Shown here piece by piece: positions 28,211-41,245 of a stretch of 64,000 bases of DNA. Under the pieces are notes generated by a model that saw nothing but the letters and a program-made list of their open reading frames with translations, was not told where the DNA came from and searched no databases. Each line of letters opens with the position of its first letter. The first letter of the stretch is position 1. A program made the position numbers and the translations under genes. The stretch is from Camelus ferus (Eukaryota). The DNA is taken from positions 85,314,001 through 85,378,000 of the forward strand of contig NC_045696.1 of assembly GCF_009834535.1 (NCBI RefSeq), given 5' to 3'.

Positions 28211-29752
28211 CATAAATCACTATTTTGGAACATAAAATGTGTCCAACCAACACGTCAACAGAAAAAGACAAATTTCAGATTTCTACATGATATGGTGTGG
28301 GACAAAATGTTGTAGAATGAATACCTCTTTCAATTTAATAACTGATGATAGCTCATGAAATTATTTTCTGTTTAATGGCTTAAACACACACCTTCTGTCC
28401 AATTTAGCTTTTACCTCTTCCAATGTCTACACTATAACTATGTCTCTATTTCTTAGATGCCCCTAGTTTTTCTGTGTATTAGTTGTCTCATTAAAAGAAG
28501 TTCCCCGAAATCATGTGTCATCTCCTGGCCCTGCCAGGGTTGAAATTGTTCTGCACTTCTTGGGCCAACAAATTCCTAAGGTTATTTACTTTTTCTTAAT
28601 GTTAGGTTGTACCAGTTAGTTAAATGATAAAAAGTAATTAAAACTGAAATTTAAATAATAGCTTTTGGAGACAGGTGAAAGTTTCGTAACCATCGAATGC
28701 AATCAGATTTGAACATATTTGTGCTAGGCACTACACTGGACACTGATAATACAGGAGTGAAAAAACACAGTCCCTACAACTGGATATTAATACTTCAAAA
28801 CTGAGAATAAAAATGAGGATAGAACTACCTAAGAGTGAATGCCAGAAGAAAATAGTCCCAAGAATTAACCAAATTAGGATGGATGCTTACCTAAGGAAAC
28901 CTAGGATACCAGAAATGTTTTCTAAACTTTCATGAATAATGGCGTGGAAAATGGAGCCAAGCTTCATAAATACAGAGTGAAGTGAAAGCAAAGGCTAAAC
29001 AATGAGAAGCATGTTTCATGTTAGCTGATGAAGTCAGATTCAAAGAGGGATCAGGGAGCATTTCTGAACTTCAGTGAAAAGCAAGCTGCTTTAAATGTGG
29101 TAATCCCCATCATGCCCTTGGGGCCAGCATAGTGGATTAAAGTAACAGTTTTGCTCTGTTTCAGATATCATCAAGAATTTTATAATTTCTAAGGTGTTTG
29201 TTCAACTCAAAATGTTTGAACATTTTTCCTGTGGAAGGCATAAAAGAGACAGCCTACCCCCAAGGATGCATTTACTCACATTGAAAAGATTTGATACCCA
29301 CAATGGGAGTAAATAATTTTTTGGATTCAAGGCCAGAAAGGATAAACTGTGAAAACCTAGTAAAGCATCCAGAAGGCAGCTCCTAAATAAGCCCTACTGA
29401 TTTGAGAGCCTAGGTTCAGGGAGGGAGTAAAACAACCAAGTAGTTAGAGATGAGAAAGGAAATAAGGCTTTATCAAGAACAGGAGAAAGAAACTTGATTC
29501 TCTGTTAATATTGAATTCTATAGGACAAAGATTTCAAGTCATTTGTGGATCAAAGGATCATGGAATAGAGCACCTCTAAGAAGGATATTTAAGGAGGTGG
29601 AGGGAATGTTTCTGCTATGAATAGTCAGCAAGGGCCATTGCCTTGAAAGATCTGAAAAAGCCACCTGTAGCTCAACTTGGAAAGATGCAGTAGAGAAGTC
29701 AGCTTAGCTCATTGACTGAGGCTGAACCGTCAAGAATTAAAAACCACATCAG

Positions 29753-30658
29753 TGACTGGGTTATTTTACTTAGCATAATGTTCCCCAGGTTCATCCATAT
29801 TGTCATATACTGCAGGACTTCCTTCTTTTCTAGACTAAATAATAGGCCATCGTGTGAGTGTGTGTGTGTGTGTACCACATTTAAAAAACCCATTCATCTA
29901 CTGACTAATATTTAGGTTGTTTCTATATCTTTGCTATTGGGGATAATGCTGCAATAAATATGAGAGTACAGATATCTTCTCAAGATTCTCATTTCTATTC
30001 TTTTAGATATGTACTCAGAAGCAAGATTGCTGGATAATACGGCATTTCTATTTTTAATTTTTTGAGGAACCTCCATATTGTTTTCCTCAGCAGTTGCACA
30101 ATTTTACATTCCCACCAACAGTGCACAAGGGTTCTAATTTCTGCGTGTCATCACAAACACTTGTTACTTCATTTTTTATAACAGCCATCCTAATAGGTGT
30201 GAAGTGAAATCTCATTATGGTTTTGATTTGCATTTCTCTGATTATTAGTGCTATTGTGTCTTTTTTTAATGCCTGTTGGCCATCTGTATGTCTTCCTTGG
30301 GTAATGTATTCAAATCCTTTGCCATTTTTTTTAGTGGAGTTATTTTCTACAGAAATAAATACAGCATGACTCCACTTAAATGAGAAATCTAAAATAGTCA
30401 AGTCTATAGAAACAGAGAGTAGAATAGTGGTTGCCAGAGGCTGTGGGCAGGAGGAAATGGAGAACTGCTAATCAATGAGCATAAAGTTTCACTTAGACAA
30501 GGTGAGTAAGTTTTGGTGATCAGCTCCAAACAAGCATTGCACCTGCACAACATTGCACCTTACAGTTAACAACACTGTGTTAACCTAGTAGATCTTATGT
30601 TAAGTGTCCTTACCACGATTTTAAAAAAAAAAAAAGATTAAAAAAAAAAACAAAACAG
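29753..30658 (+). mobile_element. L1MA/L1MB-type insertion with 5' inversion (29753-~30345 antisense, ~30346-30658 sense with poly-A)
   Basis: The antisense block's reverse complement ends ...aagtaaaataacccagtca. The sense block starts acagaaataaatacagcatg, the next bases in the L1 consensus. Degenerate TSD aaaaaccacatcag / aaaaacacttcag with TT|AAAA at the left end. Confidence 0.85.
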
Positions 30659-33600
30659 AAAAACACTTCAGATGGAGCATTAGCACCAGGTTTTTTGATA
30701 GCAGCCTACATGACTGCAGGGGAAATGCAGCTGCTGTCACAATATCTGGTAAACCCTAGTGTCTTCAAAGAACCCTGCCGTGTAGAACTAAAGAGGGTTC
30801 AAAATGGCTGACACTAGGTTTCTCGTATGTTTTTGAAAATTGGTGCTCAAGTTGGATTCAATTTGGTTTCAAAAACGGACCTTCTGTGAGTTTTCTTCAC
30901 AGAATTTCCCTAATGCTGGAGGCATCTATTGTGTATAATAAATTAGCTCATCTTTTGTGCATCTTGAATGGTACAAGCTACGTACCTTCCTTGGGAAAAC
31001 TGAAAAAAATAGTAGTGCTTAATTGTCTCAGAACCCTGGTTGAGGAAAGCTGTTCTGGAATCATAAACAAATATGACATGTGCTACACCCCAAGAGCGGT
31101 ACTAAAGTTCATACATGTGGATATTTGAGTAAGTGGCGGTAGTGAATGTGAGAGACTACGTCAGGAACACGACTTCTGCAGTTTGACTAAATCACAGCAC
31201 AACATTTAGAGTTATGGTGAAAGACACACAGCACTTAAAAAGTGAGTGAAAAAGTCTGGCCATCATCCATTAAATAATAAGCGTTAGTGTTTTAAGTTTT
31301 TAGAGAGAAATGTCAGGCGGCTCCTTGGAAGCATACTATCTCAACCACTCAGGCAGCTTCTGTTTTCTTTTTGGCAAACTTCTCCATGCTCCCTCACAAA
31401 CTGCTACACAGCCACAGAGGAATCAGTTGCAAGAAGCTTCTAACTTTGGAAAAATCTCATGCTTGCCTTAGCATGATATAATAGAGACTAGTACAGCTGG
31501 ACACAATTGAGGGTAACTTATTCTAAATAGGTTCTCAGAATCTAAAATCACTTACATCGGCTCTTTGAGGTAACTACTGGACTAATTCTCTATGTGTGCC
31601 TACCTCTTTGCTTGGTCACTTCAAACAGGATGGACTTGTCAAGGACTCCAGCTGTAAATTTAGGCTTATTTCCCTTTTATTGATTACTTGCCTACAGTTT
31701 TTCTGTGGGGAAATAGCGTGGACCTTAAACAGTACTCCAAGTTAGGTGATGGCCCTTAGGTCTCCTTTATTTACAGAATAGAGAAGTAATGGGATCAGAG
31801 CTCCACTTTAAGAAAGCGACTCCGATGTAAACTAGAGGAAAAATGACTACATATTGGGACAGTAGAGAGGCATTTATGCTTCCATCAGGGAGACAAGGGC
31901 TGAGATTACAAAAATGAGTTGTGAATACTTCTTTATGAGAAATTTATAATCAAGTTAATGACACAAAATGTCTATACAAATCAATTAGTGAATAAAATGT
32001 ATTAAAATGTAACAGCTCACATCTTTGATAATCATTCAAAAGCAATTTTAATTCCTGTGACTAAAAGAAATAATTTAGAATGCACCATCATGGTCTAAAA
32101 CATGGTCCAAAATGTTCTAATTCTATCTTTTTTCTCTGGAAATCAAGAAACAAGTCTAGGAAGTCATGTAACTTCCTAAGTCTAGGAAGCAAGAGCTAAA
32201 TTAATGAATTTATAGGATGTGAATTATTTTCCTTTGTGAGAATAAAATATCTTTTCTTTGTATTCTTCTTTTTTGTTTCTGTTTTAAAATTTTTCTTTCT
32301 GGAAATTATTTTATAATGTTAATTAAAAGTTAAATTGTTAGTTGTCAAATATGTTATGAGTAAAAAAATATTTCCCACCTAGAAAATGGACTGGATTTTC
32401 TATTTCTTTTGTTCTTTGAAATTGTCTTTATTTTGTTAGATATGGTGCTGGAAATGTGCAAGTTTCTCATATGCGGCAAGATCCCTGAAGGTCAGGGAAC
32501 CAATATATTTTGGTTGGCATTAAAATGTCACAGTATCCCAGAGCAGTGGCTCTTTCCTTCGTATATTAATTCATTATCTGCAGGCAGTACTGATGGTGAA
32601 TTTGCTCACAAACAACCAAATAGTGTAATTAAAAAATATTTAAGGAGTTTGAAACAAAATTAAGCACTGAACAGAAAAACTTTCTAATTTGATCTATTTT
32701 AAATGAATGAATTAAAATGTCTCCCTTTTATATAAAATAGCATTTGAAGTGAAACAGAAAATTTTGTGTAGAAGTAACATTTATGGTAAACTACTTCATA
32801 CACAGTTAACTGATACATGTGTGTGTCCACAAAGGGAAACAAATGAATAAGGTATTTCATTCAAAGCAAAGGTAATTTCAGACAAAGATAATTTAATAGA
32901 CTTCAAATAGCCATGTGTTGTTTCATTTATGGTAGTGAACTTTCAAGAATTCACTGTTGTATAAAATCTGGGATCTTGGGGTGCTATGTAAACTGTAAGT
33001 ATCAAGTTAATATCTGTTCGATGTAAAGCCAAGAACCAGATTAGAGAGGGAAGAGAGACTAAGCTTGAATCTTTCTGCTGTCAGAATAAGCACTGTGATT
33101 TCTCTTCAGAGGCCCTGAACATACGCAGAGAGAGTCCTGGCAAAGTCTTTGGCAAATTGTGCAAACACATCATCATCTACTGAAAACCCAATGACCATCA
33201 CAGTGGGTCTTGAGCCCAGGAGATGGCTGGCCTTTTCTGAGTCATAGCATTATCTCTCTGGTCACATTCACCTTCATCACTCACAAAGTCCATCCCAGCT
33301 CTAAGACACAGAAAAACTTGTGCTTCCCAATTAATTTTCATAAGAATATCTCATAAATAGAATCAAATGATTTTCCATTTCAAAAATTCTCTTATACTAA
33401 TGCCTTTCTAGTGAAATTAAACCCTTAGTAAATGTTGAATCAATACTAAAATTTAAACTAATTCACATACTAGAAAGAAAAGATTTCCAACTAGTCAGTA
33501 TTTCATGTGCGAATCTGGCAGGCCTCAGCATGATCATTAACAATTCACCATGATTAAACTCTTGATCACTACAAAATATATCTGTTAAGAACAAACACAT

Positions 33601-34704
33601 AATATACAGGTTTCATTATTTTTTCTCAGTATTTGTGTGGAATTTTCAGTCTAAACTACATGAGTTTCTTATACATGGCTTGATATTGATGAGACAAAAA
33701 TTTATACCTTAGTATTTCTGAATCAAAATCAGTAGAAATTGTATATATTATTTAAAAAAACTCCTTTAAAATATGCATTTCTTTGTCTTCAAACCCACAG
33801 ATTTAGTAGAATAGATTTGTGGCCCTCAATTATGGAAAAGAGACAAATACTCTTACAAATGTGAATAATGTGGTTTTAGAATAAAAATAATAAAATTAGC
33901 ATAATTTCACAATTACCTAATCATAGCAAGAAATAATTTAATAAGGACAGCACAAGAATGAAAACAAAATTTTCTTTTGATCATACAAATGAGAGATAGC
34001 CATTTAATTAACTTGTAACTAACAAAGCTCTAGCAAATCAAGTTATTTTATTATATGTAAGTATATTTTGCAAAAACTTTATTTTGGCAACTTGGCAAAG
34101 TTACATGACTTTAAATTTTTGCTCAAGGGGTACTTTATTGAGGTAATTTATATGATCATTTATAGCCTCAATTTATTTGATGTCTAATAATTATTGCAAG
34201 ATTTATATCAAGTAATAATGTGCTAGAACTAGCCCCTGAAATAGGCAAGTCATACATTCTTTGAAGCTTCTCGCCCCGACTCCCATCTCAGTGTGGATGT
34301 AAAACGTGTCCTTTGTGACCTTTAGTTCACTGAAGAGTGGCTTCTGCAGAACTGATATCACTAACCTGCACTAGATGATGTTATAAAAAGCTATATATAT
34401 CTTACATTATATATTTTTACAGTAATTAAGCTATTGCTTACAGTATAACACATTTCACAAAATCTTCTTTTTGACAAACTATAAAAAGTAAATCTTTAAG
34501 AAAATACCAGGAAATGTTAGATTTATCTTAAACAACTGGTTTATGTTAATCATCTAGGCATTATGAACCTTTTACTGGTTGTGTTTACCTCTTAACTTTA
34601 GCTATAGTCACCTTGAGATAGAATAAAAAAGTTTATGGTAAGGATTTTCTGCATAATCTTACCTTTGGCCCTATCATATGCTGATGTTGTGTTAGTTTTT
34701 CTTA

Positions 34705-35735
34705 ATACCATGGAATTGCAGCAGATACATGCTTTGCAAATAGTTTCTTCTAGTCTATGGGTCATTTTTTATTCTCTTAACAATGCCTTTCAAAAAGCAG
34801 AAAGTTTTTACTTTTGTTAAAGTCTGATTATTTTTTTCTTTAGATCAGGTTTTTGGTGTTGTATCTAAGAAATCTTTGCCTAACCCAAGTTCACATAGAT
34901 TTTCTTTCGTGCTTACTTCTAGAAGTTTAATAGTTTTGCTTCTTACATTTAATACTATGACTCATTTATATATATTGGCCTATAATAAGAGATATGGATT
35001 GAAGTTTATTTTTTGCATAAGGATATCCAAGTGTTCCAGCACCACATTTTGGAAAGACTGTCATTAATCCACAGGATTTTATATCCACCTTTTTTTCAAA
35101 TCAGTTGTCTTTATGTGTGAGTCTGTTTCTGGACTTTACTCTATTCCATTGATCTATTTGTCTATCTTGATGCCAACACCACACTGTTTTGATTACAGTA
35201 GCTTTATAATAATTCTCAAAACAAAGGTGGTGTTAATCTTCCAATTCTGTTCTTTTTTAAAATCGAAGCTGTTTTGGCTCTTCTAGGACCTTTGTGTTTC
35301 CAGAAGTACTTTAGAATTAGTTTGCCAATTTCTACAAGAAAGGCTTTCTGGGGTTTGGATTGATATTAACCTGAATATATAGATCAATTTGAAAAGAACT
35401 GGCAACTAACAATAGTCATCCATCCCATTAATTAGTTTTTTTTTCTAATTTATCTGTATTATGTATTGTACTTTTCACTGTACATATCTTTTGTCAGTTT
35501 TATCTCTAAATAGTTATTTTTGGATGCTATTAAAAATGGTATTGATTTTTAAATTTAAATTTCTCGTTGTTCGTTGCTAGCATATGGATATGCAATTAAT
35601 CTTTGTATGCTAATCTTGCATGCTGTAATCCTGCCTACCTCACTTAGCAGCTAATCTTCTATCCTGTAATCCTGCTAACCTCGCTTAGCAACTATAGTGA
35701 CTTTTGTATATTCTGCCAGGTTTTCTGCAAAGATT
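34705..35735 (-). mobile_element. Old L1 ORF2 3'-half fragment
   Basis: ggtgttgtatctaagaaatctttgcctaacccaag; ctattccattgatctatttgtctatc; cacactgttttgattacagtagcttt; gaatatatagatcaatttg. Confidence 0.85.
35609..35690 (+). repeat. 41-bp tandem duplication inside an L1
   Basis: gctaatcttgcatgctgtaatcctgcctacctcacttagca / gctaatcttctatcctgtaatcctgctaacctcgcttagca. Confidence 0.9.
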
Positions 35736-36944
35736 TTTGCTTTTAATGCCAACCAGTTCACTCAAGCACCACAAAGTCAACACTTGATCAAATGAGTTAT
35801 GGTGTCTCACACACATATACAATGTATATCACCAGGAGTCTCTAGACTCATTTATAAGATTTTGTTTTTAATACATAAAATCACTTTTTTTTTTGGATTG
35901 ATACAATCCTTAAGCGCTCAATTTTCAATCCTACTTCTACTTTTATCCTTATTCCTTTGAATTAATGATAAATTTCACTTCTCTGGTTGCTAATATTAGT
36001 CATGAAAGTTCTTGTTTAATTCATTTCATGCCACTTCTGGGTAATAACTCATAGTCAATTTCTGATCTCCTTGGTTGTGTTTTCTTTTATTTTGACAGGG
36101 CCTGGTTCTGTCCTTAAAGGGAAATTTGAATAATCTAACCCACATTAGGCCAAACAAAATACTCTCCAAATTCCTACAATTCTTAATCGACCCTATTTAT
36201 AATTTAGTTATCTCAGAAATAATCTGCCTTTACTCACTTCAATTATCACTAACAAGAAAATGAAGGCAAGTTGGCATCACTGTCTCCTCCTTGTGGTTGC
36301 TGGGTTCATAAGACAGATTCAGCCAACTAGGCAGGTGTTCTCATCCTCACTACTGTTTAGCTTTTGTTCTGAAAATAGGTGATTGGTCAGCATTTCCAGA
36401 GAAAATATACTGATTTTTTTTCAGTCTTCCTGTTGAGTTAGTGGCAAGACTAAACAAAAATATGCCTTCAAGAACAAGCAGCATGAGAAAATGATAGATA
36501 AAACACAGAGAAATGTGAAAGTAAGTAAGAGGTTATCACCTGGGAGAGAGAAAAACTAGGTGGATATAAAATGACATGATTGTGTTGGAAAGAGGTATTG
36601 GAACCCAGTTCTCACAAAAGTCAATTGTGAGGAATCAACATAATAGTGGAAAGAAGGAGGATAGAATCACACAGTGGTTAAAGATTAAATGTTAAGACAT
36701 GATACGGTTATAATCAAAGCTTTATGATAAACTTTAACATAATTCCTTTGAGGATAAATGTTTCTCTGAACTAAATTCATGACTATATGTAAGGGTGTAC
36801 AGTAGATTGGCATAATTATCTAAACAATTCAAGATTTCTATTTTTAAGCTTCTTAACAATACAAATAGTCTTCTGCTTTTTTTGTTTGTTTGTTTTTTGT
36901 TTTGTTTTTCTCTGTATTTTGGTTGATAAACTAAATTGTGAGAT

Positions 36945-39900
36945 TTCTGTTTCTGTGCAAGATGGAATAATGACTGAATTTATGCATAAAACAAGCTTTA
37001 AAAAAAACATACACAGACAAAATATATGAAGCAGTGGTTTTCAGGACACTGGACATTGGGCATCAGAGGTCTACTGAGACATGAGAAACAAACAAAATGA
37101 GTCCAACAAATGCCTCAATGCTTACTGCCTTGGGACAGTTTCCAAGCAGGTGTGCAAGCAGGGATAATTCAGGAAAAGCCTGTAATCTCTCTGAGTTGAG
37201 GAGATAGAGCTGGGAGCCCAGGAAGGCCAAGCGGTTACCTCCTGGGAAAGATCACCAGAAGGTAGGGAGCTGCCATAGAGAGAGTTCCCGAGATCTGCAG
37301 AAGGCCCTCTCTGATATTTAGCTGAGCATAGAGCCTGTTCCTACCATCTGGAATGGGAAACCTAATAACTCATAGACACTGAGTGGAGCACTCAGAAAGG
37401 CCTTGCCACAGGGAGTGAGCAGGATTAGCCCTAGACTAAAAGCTGCGCTGATCCTACCTCACAACATTTCAAAGCAAGACCTGAGAGGAACAAGCACTTC
37501 CCAAGTAATTTAACCTTGTCCAATCACAAAGCTAAAGAACATTTATAGATATGTAAAAATACTTAACACTTAAAATTCAAAATGTCTAGCATCCAATCAA
37601 AAATGACTGAGAATAAAAAGAACCAGAAAATAAGATCTATAATTAAGAGAAAAATAGATCACTTCACACTAACCCAGAAATCAGAAAGGTGATAAAATTA
37701 GTACATAAAGACTTTAATCATTATTATAACTTCATTTCACTATGTTTGAGAAGCTAGTAGAAAGACTAAATATGTTAAATGGAGACATGAGAGATACATA
37801 TTTTAAAACTGGAACTTCTAGATGTGAAAAATACTATTGTCTAAGGTACGCACTGGGAGGAATTAGTAGATTAGACAATGCAGAAGAAAATACTAGCAAG
37901 TTTGTGAATCTAGCAATACAAACTATCTGAAATTAAACAGAGAGAAAAACACTCAGAACAAACAAATGGCCAAAAACAAGAGTGTCAGTATGCTTTGAGA
38001 CAACATCAAGTAGTTAAACATGTGTGTAACTGAAATCCTCAAAGGAGAGGAAAAGGAGGGACTGAAAAAAATAATAGTCAAATTTTTTTTCAAATGTGAT
38101 GAAAACTGTTAAGCCACAGATTCAAACACATTCAAACACAAGAAACAAGAAGCAAACTACAAGAAGGCACATAACAAAGTTTCTCAAAATCAATGACGAA
38201 GGTAAAATCTTGAAAGCATAAGAGAAAGAAGATACAATGCAAGAAGAGGAACAAAGATAAGGATGACAGCAGATTTCTCATCATAAAGAATGCAAGCCAG
38301 AAGACAGTTACTTCATTTTAAAGTAATTGAATAAATAAACCTATTAACACAGAGTACTGTACCCAGAAATACACCTTTCAAAAGCAAGAGTGAAATAGAC
38401 ATTTTCATAAACACAAAAGCAGAGAGATTTCAAATCAACAGAATTATTTTGCAAAAAATGTTACAGGACGTCCACATCCTCACAAAGGAATGAAAAACAC
38501 TAGAAATGGTAATTACATGTGGTAAATAGAAATGGTTAAATATAAAAGACACTTTTCTTCTCATTATTATTATTTAAATCTCTTTAAAAGGTCACTCGGC
38601 GAGGCTTGGGCAGGGAATGTTAAATGACCACTAATAAGCATGAGGTTTTTCTATAAGGTGATGAGAATGTCTCTGATTATGGTGATGGTTGTGTAACTCT
38701 GTAAATACACTAAAAATACTGAATTATAAACTTTAAATGGGTGAATCTTACACTGTGTAAGTTATATCTCAATAAAGCTGTTTTAAAAATATAATTTACT
38801 GTCTAAACTAAAAATAATAACAATGTGTTGTGGCCATATGTAGAATTAAAATGTATGACAACAGTAGCACAAAGACCAGGAGAGAAAATCACAAAAAATA
38901 CACAGTTAATCCAAAGGAAGGCACAACAAGAAGGAAAAAATAAGAGAAAGGTGGGTCAAATAGAAAGCAAATAACAATATAGTAGATTTGGACAAAAACA
39001 TATCAATAATCATAGTAACATATAATAATATAAACTTTTAAATTAAAAGGTACAGGTTATCAGATTGACCCTGTCTCTCCCCACTGGCTTATAAGGTTGA
39101 AGGTATTCATCTGAAGCTCAGGGCTACACACTTTAAACATGTTTTACATTTCTGGATAAAGCTTGAAATAAAGTGATGTAGAGTTTTCTTGCAACTCAAA
39201 AAACCCCAACAAGACAAACAGAAAATAGACATAATTAAAACACATAGATTGTCAGACTGGATAAGAAAGTAAAAAACCAATTATATTCTATCTGTATAAA
39301 AAATCTATATGAAATATGAAGACACAAATAGATGAAGAGTATAAAAATAGAAAAGGATAAACTATATCAGAAGAAAGCTGGAGTGCTCTATTAATATAAA
39401 CACAATATATTTCTGAACACAGGATATTGAAAGGCATAAAGAGAGTTATCTGAAGCAATGAAGTGTCCCACTTGTCAGGATTACATGGCAATTCTAAACA
39501 CTTATGTCCGTAATAAGAGAGTTTGAAAATGCTTGAAGTAAAACAAAGAAAAAAACTGGGAAGAAAATACACAAATTTCCAGTTATCATCAGATATTACA
39601 GCACCTCTCTCATTAATGAGTAAGGAAAGTAAACAGAAAGGGATATGGAAGACTTGAACAGTATTATCAACCATTTCCACCTAATTGAGCTTCACGTAAC
39701 ACTCCATGTAAAAACTGAAGTATACACAGTCTGTTCAAGTACACAGAACATTTACCAAAATAGAGCATTCTAGGGCCATTAAAATTTTTTCAATGATTTT
39801 CAATGAATTTCATACAAATGTAGTTCTCTAATCACAACAGAATTAAGCAAGGCAGTAACAGTAGGATATATGGAGTACGTATAAATATTTGGGAAATAAA

Positions 39901-40155
39901 TACACTGAAAAAAACACTTGTGTCAAAGAGCTAATGAAAGGGGAAACTAGAAAGTATTTTAACTGAGATAATAGCACAAGACAAAATGTCAATTATTTGT
40001 AGGATACAGTTGAAGCAGTGGGCAGAGGAAAACTTTATAAATTTAAGTGACTATGTTAGAAAGAAAGATCTCAAATCAATGATCTCAGCTTCCACCTGAA
40101 GAATCTTTAAAAAAATAAATCAAGAGAAACCAGTAGTAAGCAAAAGAAAGGAAAG
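36945..40155 (+). mobile_element. Old L1M 5' portion: 5'UTR, ORF1 and ORF2 endonuclease remnants
   Basis: L1-type 5' start (ttctgtttctgtgcaagatgg). ORF1 signatures (agattagacaatgcagaagaa; gatgacagcagatttctca...gcaagccagaagacag). Endonuclease signatures (gattgtcagactggata; ttctctaatcacaacagaattaag; aaagatctcaaatcaatgatctcagcttccac). Confidence 0.85.
38600..38790 (+). mobile_element. L1MB-like 3' end nested in the older L1
   Basis: ggtgatggttgtgtaactctgtaaatacactaaaaatactgaattataaactttaaatgggtgaat...tatatctcaataaagctgttt. Confidence 0.8.
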
Positions 40156-40159
40156 GGCA

Positions 40160-40942
40160 ATTTTGTGAGACTGAGGTCTGAACCTGTGGAATCTGGTGCT
40201 CTCTTCAGGTAGACAGTGCCAGAATTGAGTTAAATTGTAGAGCATACAGCTCGTGTCACAAAATTGCTTGATGTGTATAAAACCCAACCATCTGGTCACA
40301 GAAGTATTCTGTTGTGAGTATCATAGGAGAAGTGAAAGAGAATTAATAAAACGGCAGAACTCAGGCCAACAGTTGCTTATTCTTATGCTTGTCCTTAGAG
40401 CGGTCAACAAACCTGACCTACCGGTTGCTACCCACAGCTCCAGGCCCACTGTTAAAACTAAAGCTATTGATCTTACTGTTTCTACTTTATTCCAGTAATC
40501 GAAAGTAATAATCAAGCTTGGTCTCTGAGTCATCCTCCAAGGAGAAGGTCATAGGACTGTAACCTTACAAAATAACCTGAATTACCAAGAAGACCACGCC
40601 TTGGGTGCTTATAAGATAAAGAGATGGTAAAAGTGACAACCACTAGCCTTTATAGACTTGGTCATCTGGAGACACCATGATGCCACTCTGAGTCTTATGA
40701 GAATGTTGATTGTTATCAATGCTTTGTTGTTTGAGCTATGGCCATATAATCACCCCACCCCATCCCCAAGCTGGGTTCACAGTTGTGAAGGCAACAGCCT
40801 GCTGTCAGTCCCCTTTGCCTGGCAAAGCAATAAAGCTGCCTCTTTTCTTCTAAGCTCCAAGACCTTGTCTCTGGGTTATTTGGCTCTTCAGGGACGGGGG
40901 CCAATCATTCGGCGACAGAAGCAAAGGAGTGTTTTTCCTTAA
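40160..40942 (+). mobile_element. MER21-like LTR 3' fragment, interrupted by the ERV1 solo LTR
   Basis: cctgtggaatctggtgctctcttcaggtagacagtgccagaattgag...tggtcacagaagtattctg matches the recalled MER21 3' half. The element resumes after 40921 (gtgtttttcct). Confidence 0.7.
40333..40917 (+). mobile_element. ERV1-type solo LTR (585 bp)
   Basis: Starts TGAAAG and ends ...GGCGACA. Flanked by a 4-bp TSD GAAG (40329-40332 and 40918-40921). TATA-like tataat at 40745 and AATAAA at 40829. Confidence 0.9.
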
Positions 40943-40999
40943 TCTGCTAATTTTTATGAAAACACTAACTGAAGAAGAATGGAAGGCACTTCACGGGAG

Positions 41000-41245
41000 A
41001 GGCAGCACAGCATAGGAAATCTGGGCTCAAATTGTGTGGACTTAAACCCTAGCATGGTCACACACTGGATGTATGACCTTGAGAAAATTATTTAATACCT
41101 CTGTGTCTCAATTTTGTCAGAAAAATGTGAATAGTATCAACATCTACCCGAGAAGGTCGCTGTAAGGATTTAATACCTGTAGACCATTAAGAACTTGCCT
41201 ACTGTCCATAGTGAGCACTATCTGTTGTTAAATAAGTATATTAGA
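41000..41245 (+). mobile_element. MIR SINE
   Basis: ggatgtatgaccttgagaaaattatttaatacctctgtgtctcaatttt...gtaaggattt. Confidence 0.75.

Noticed and set aside
30087..30401. 104-aa ORF resembling the L1 ORF2 C-terminus
   Set aside because: It is part of the inverted L1 fragment, not a gene.
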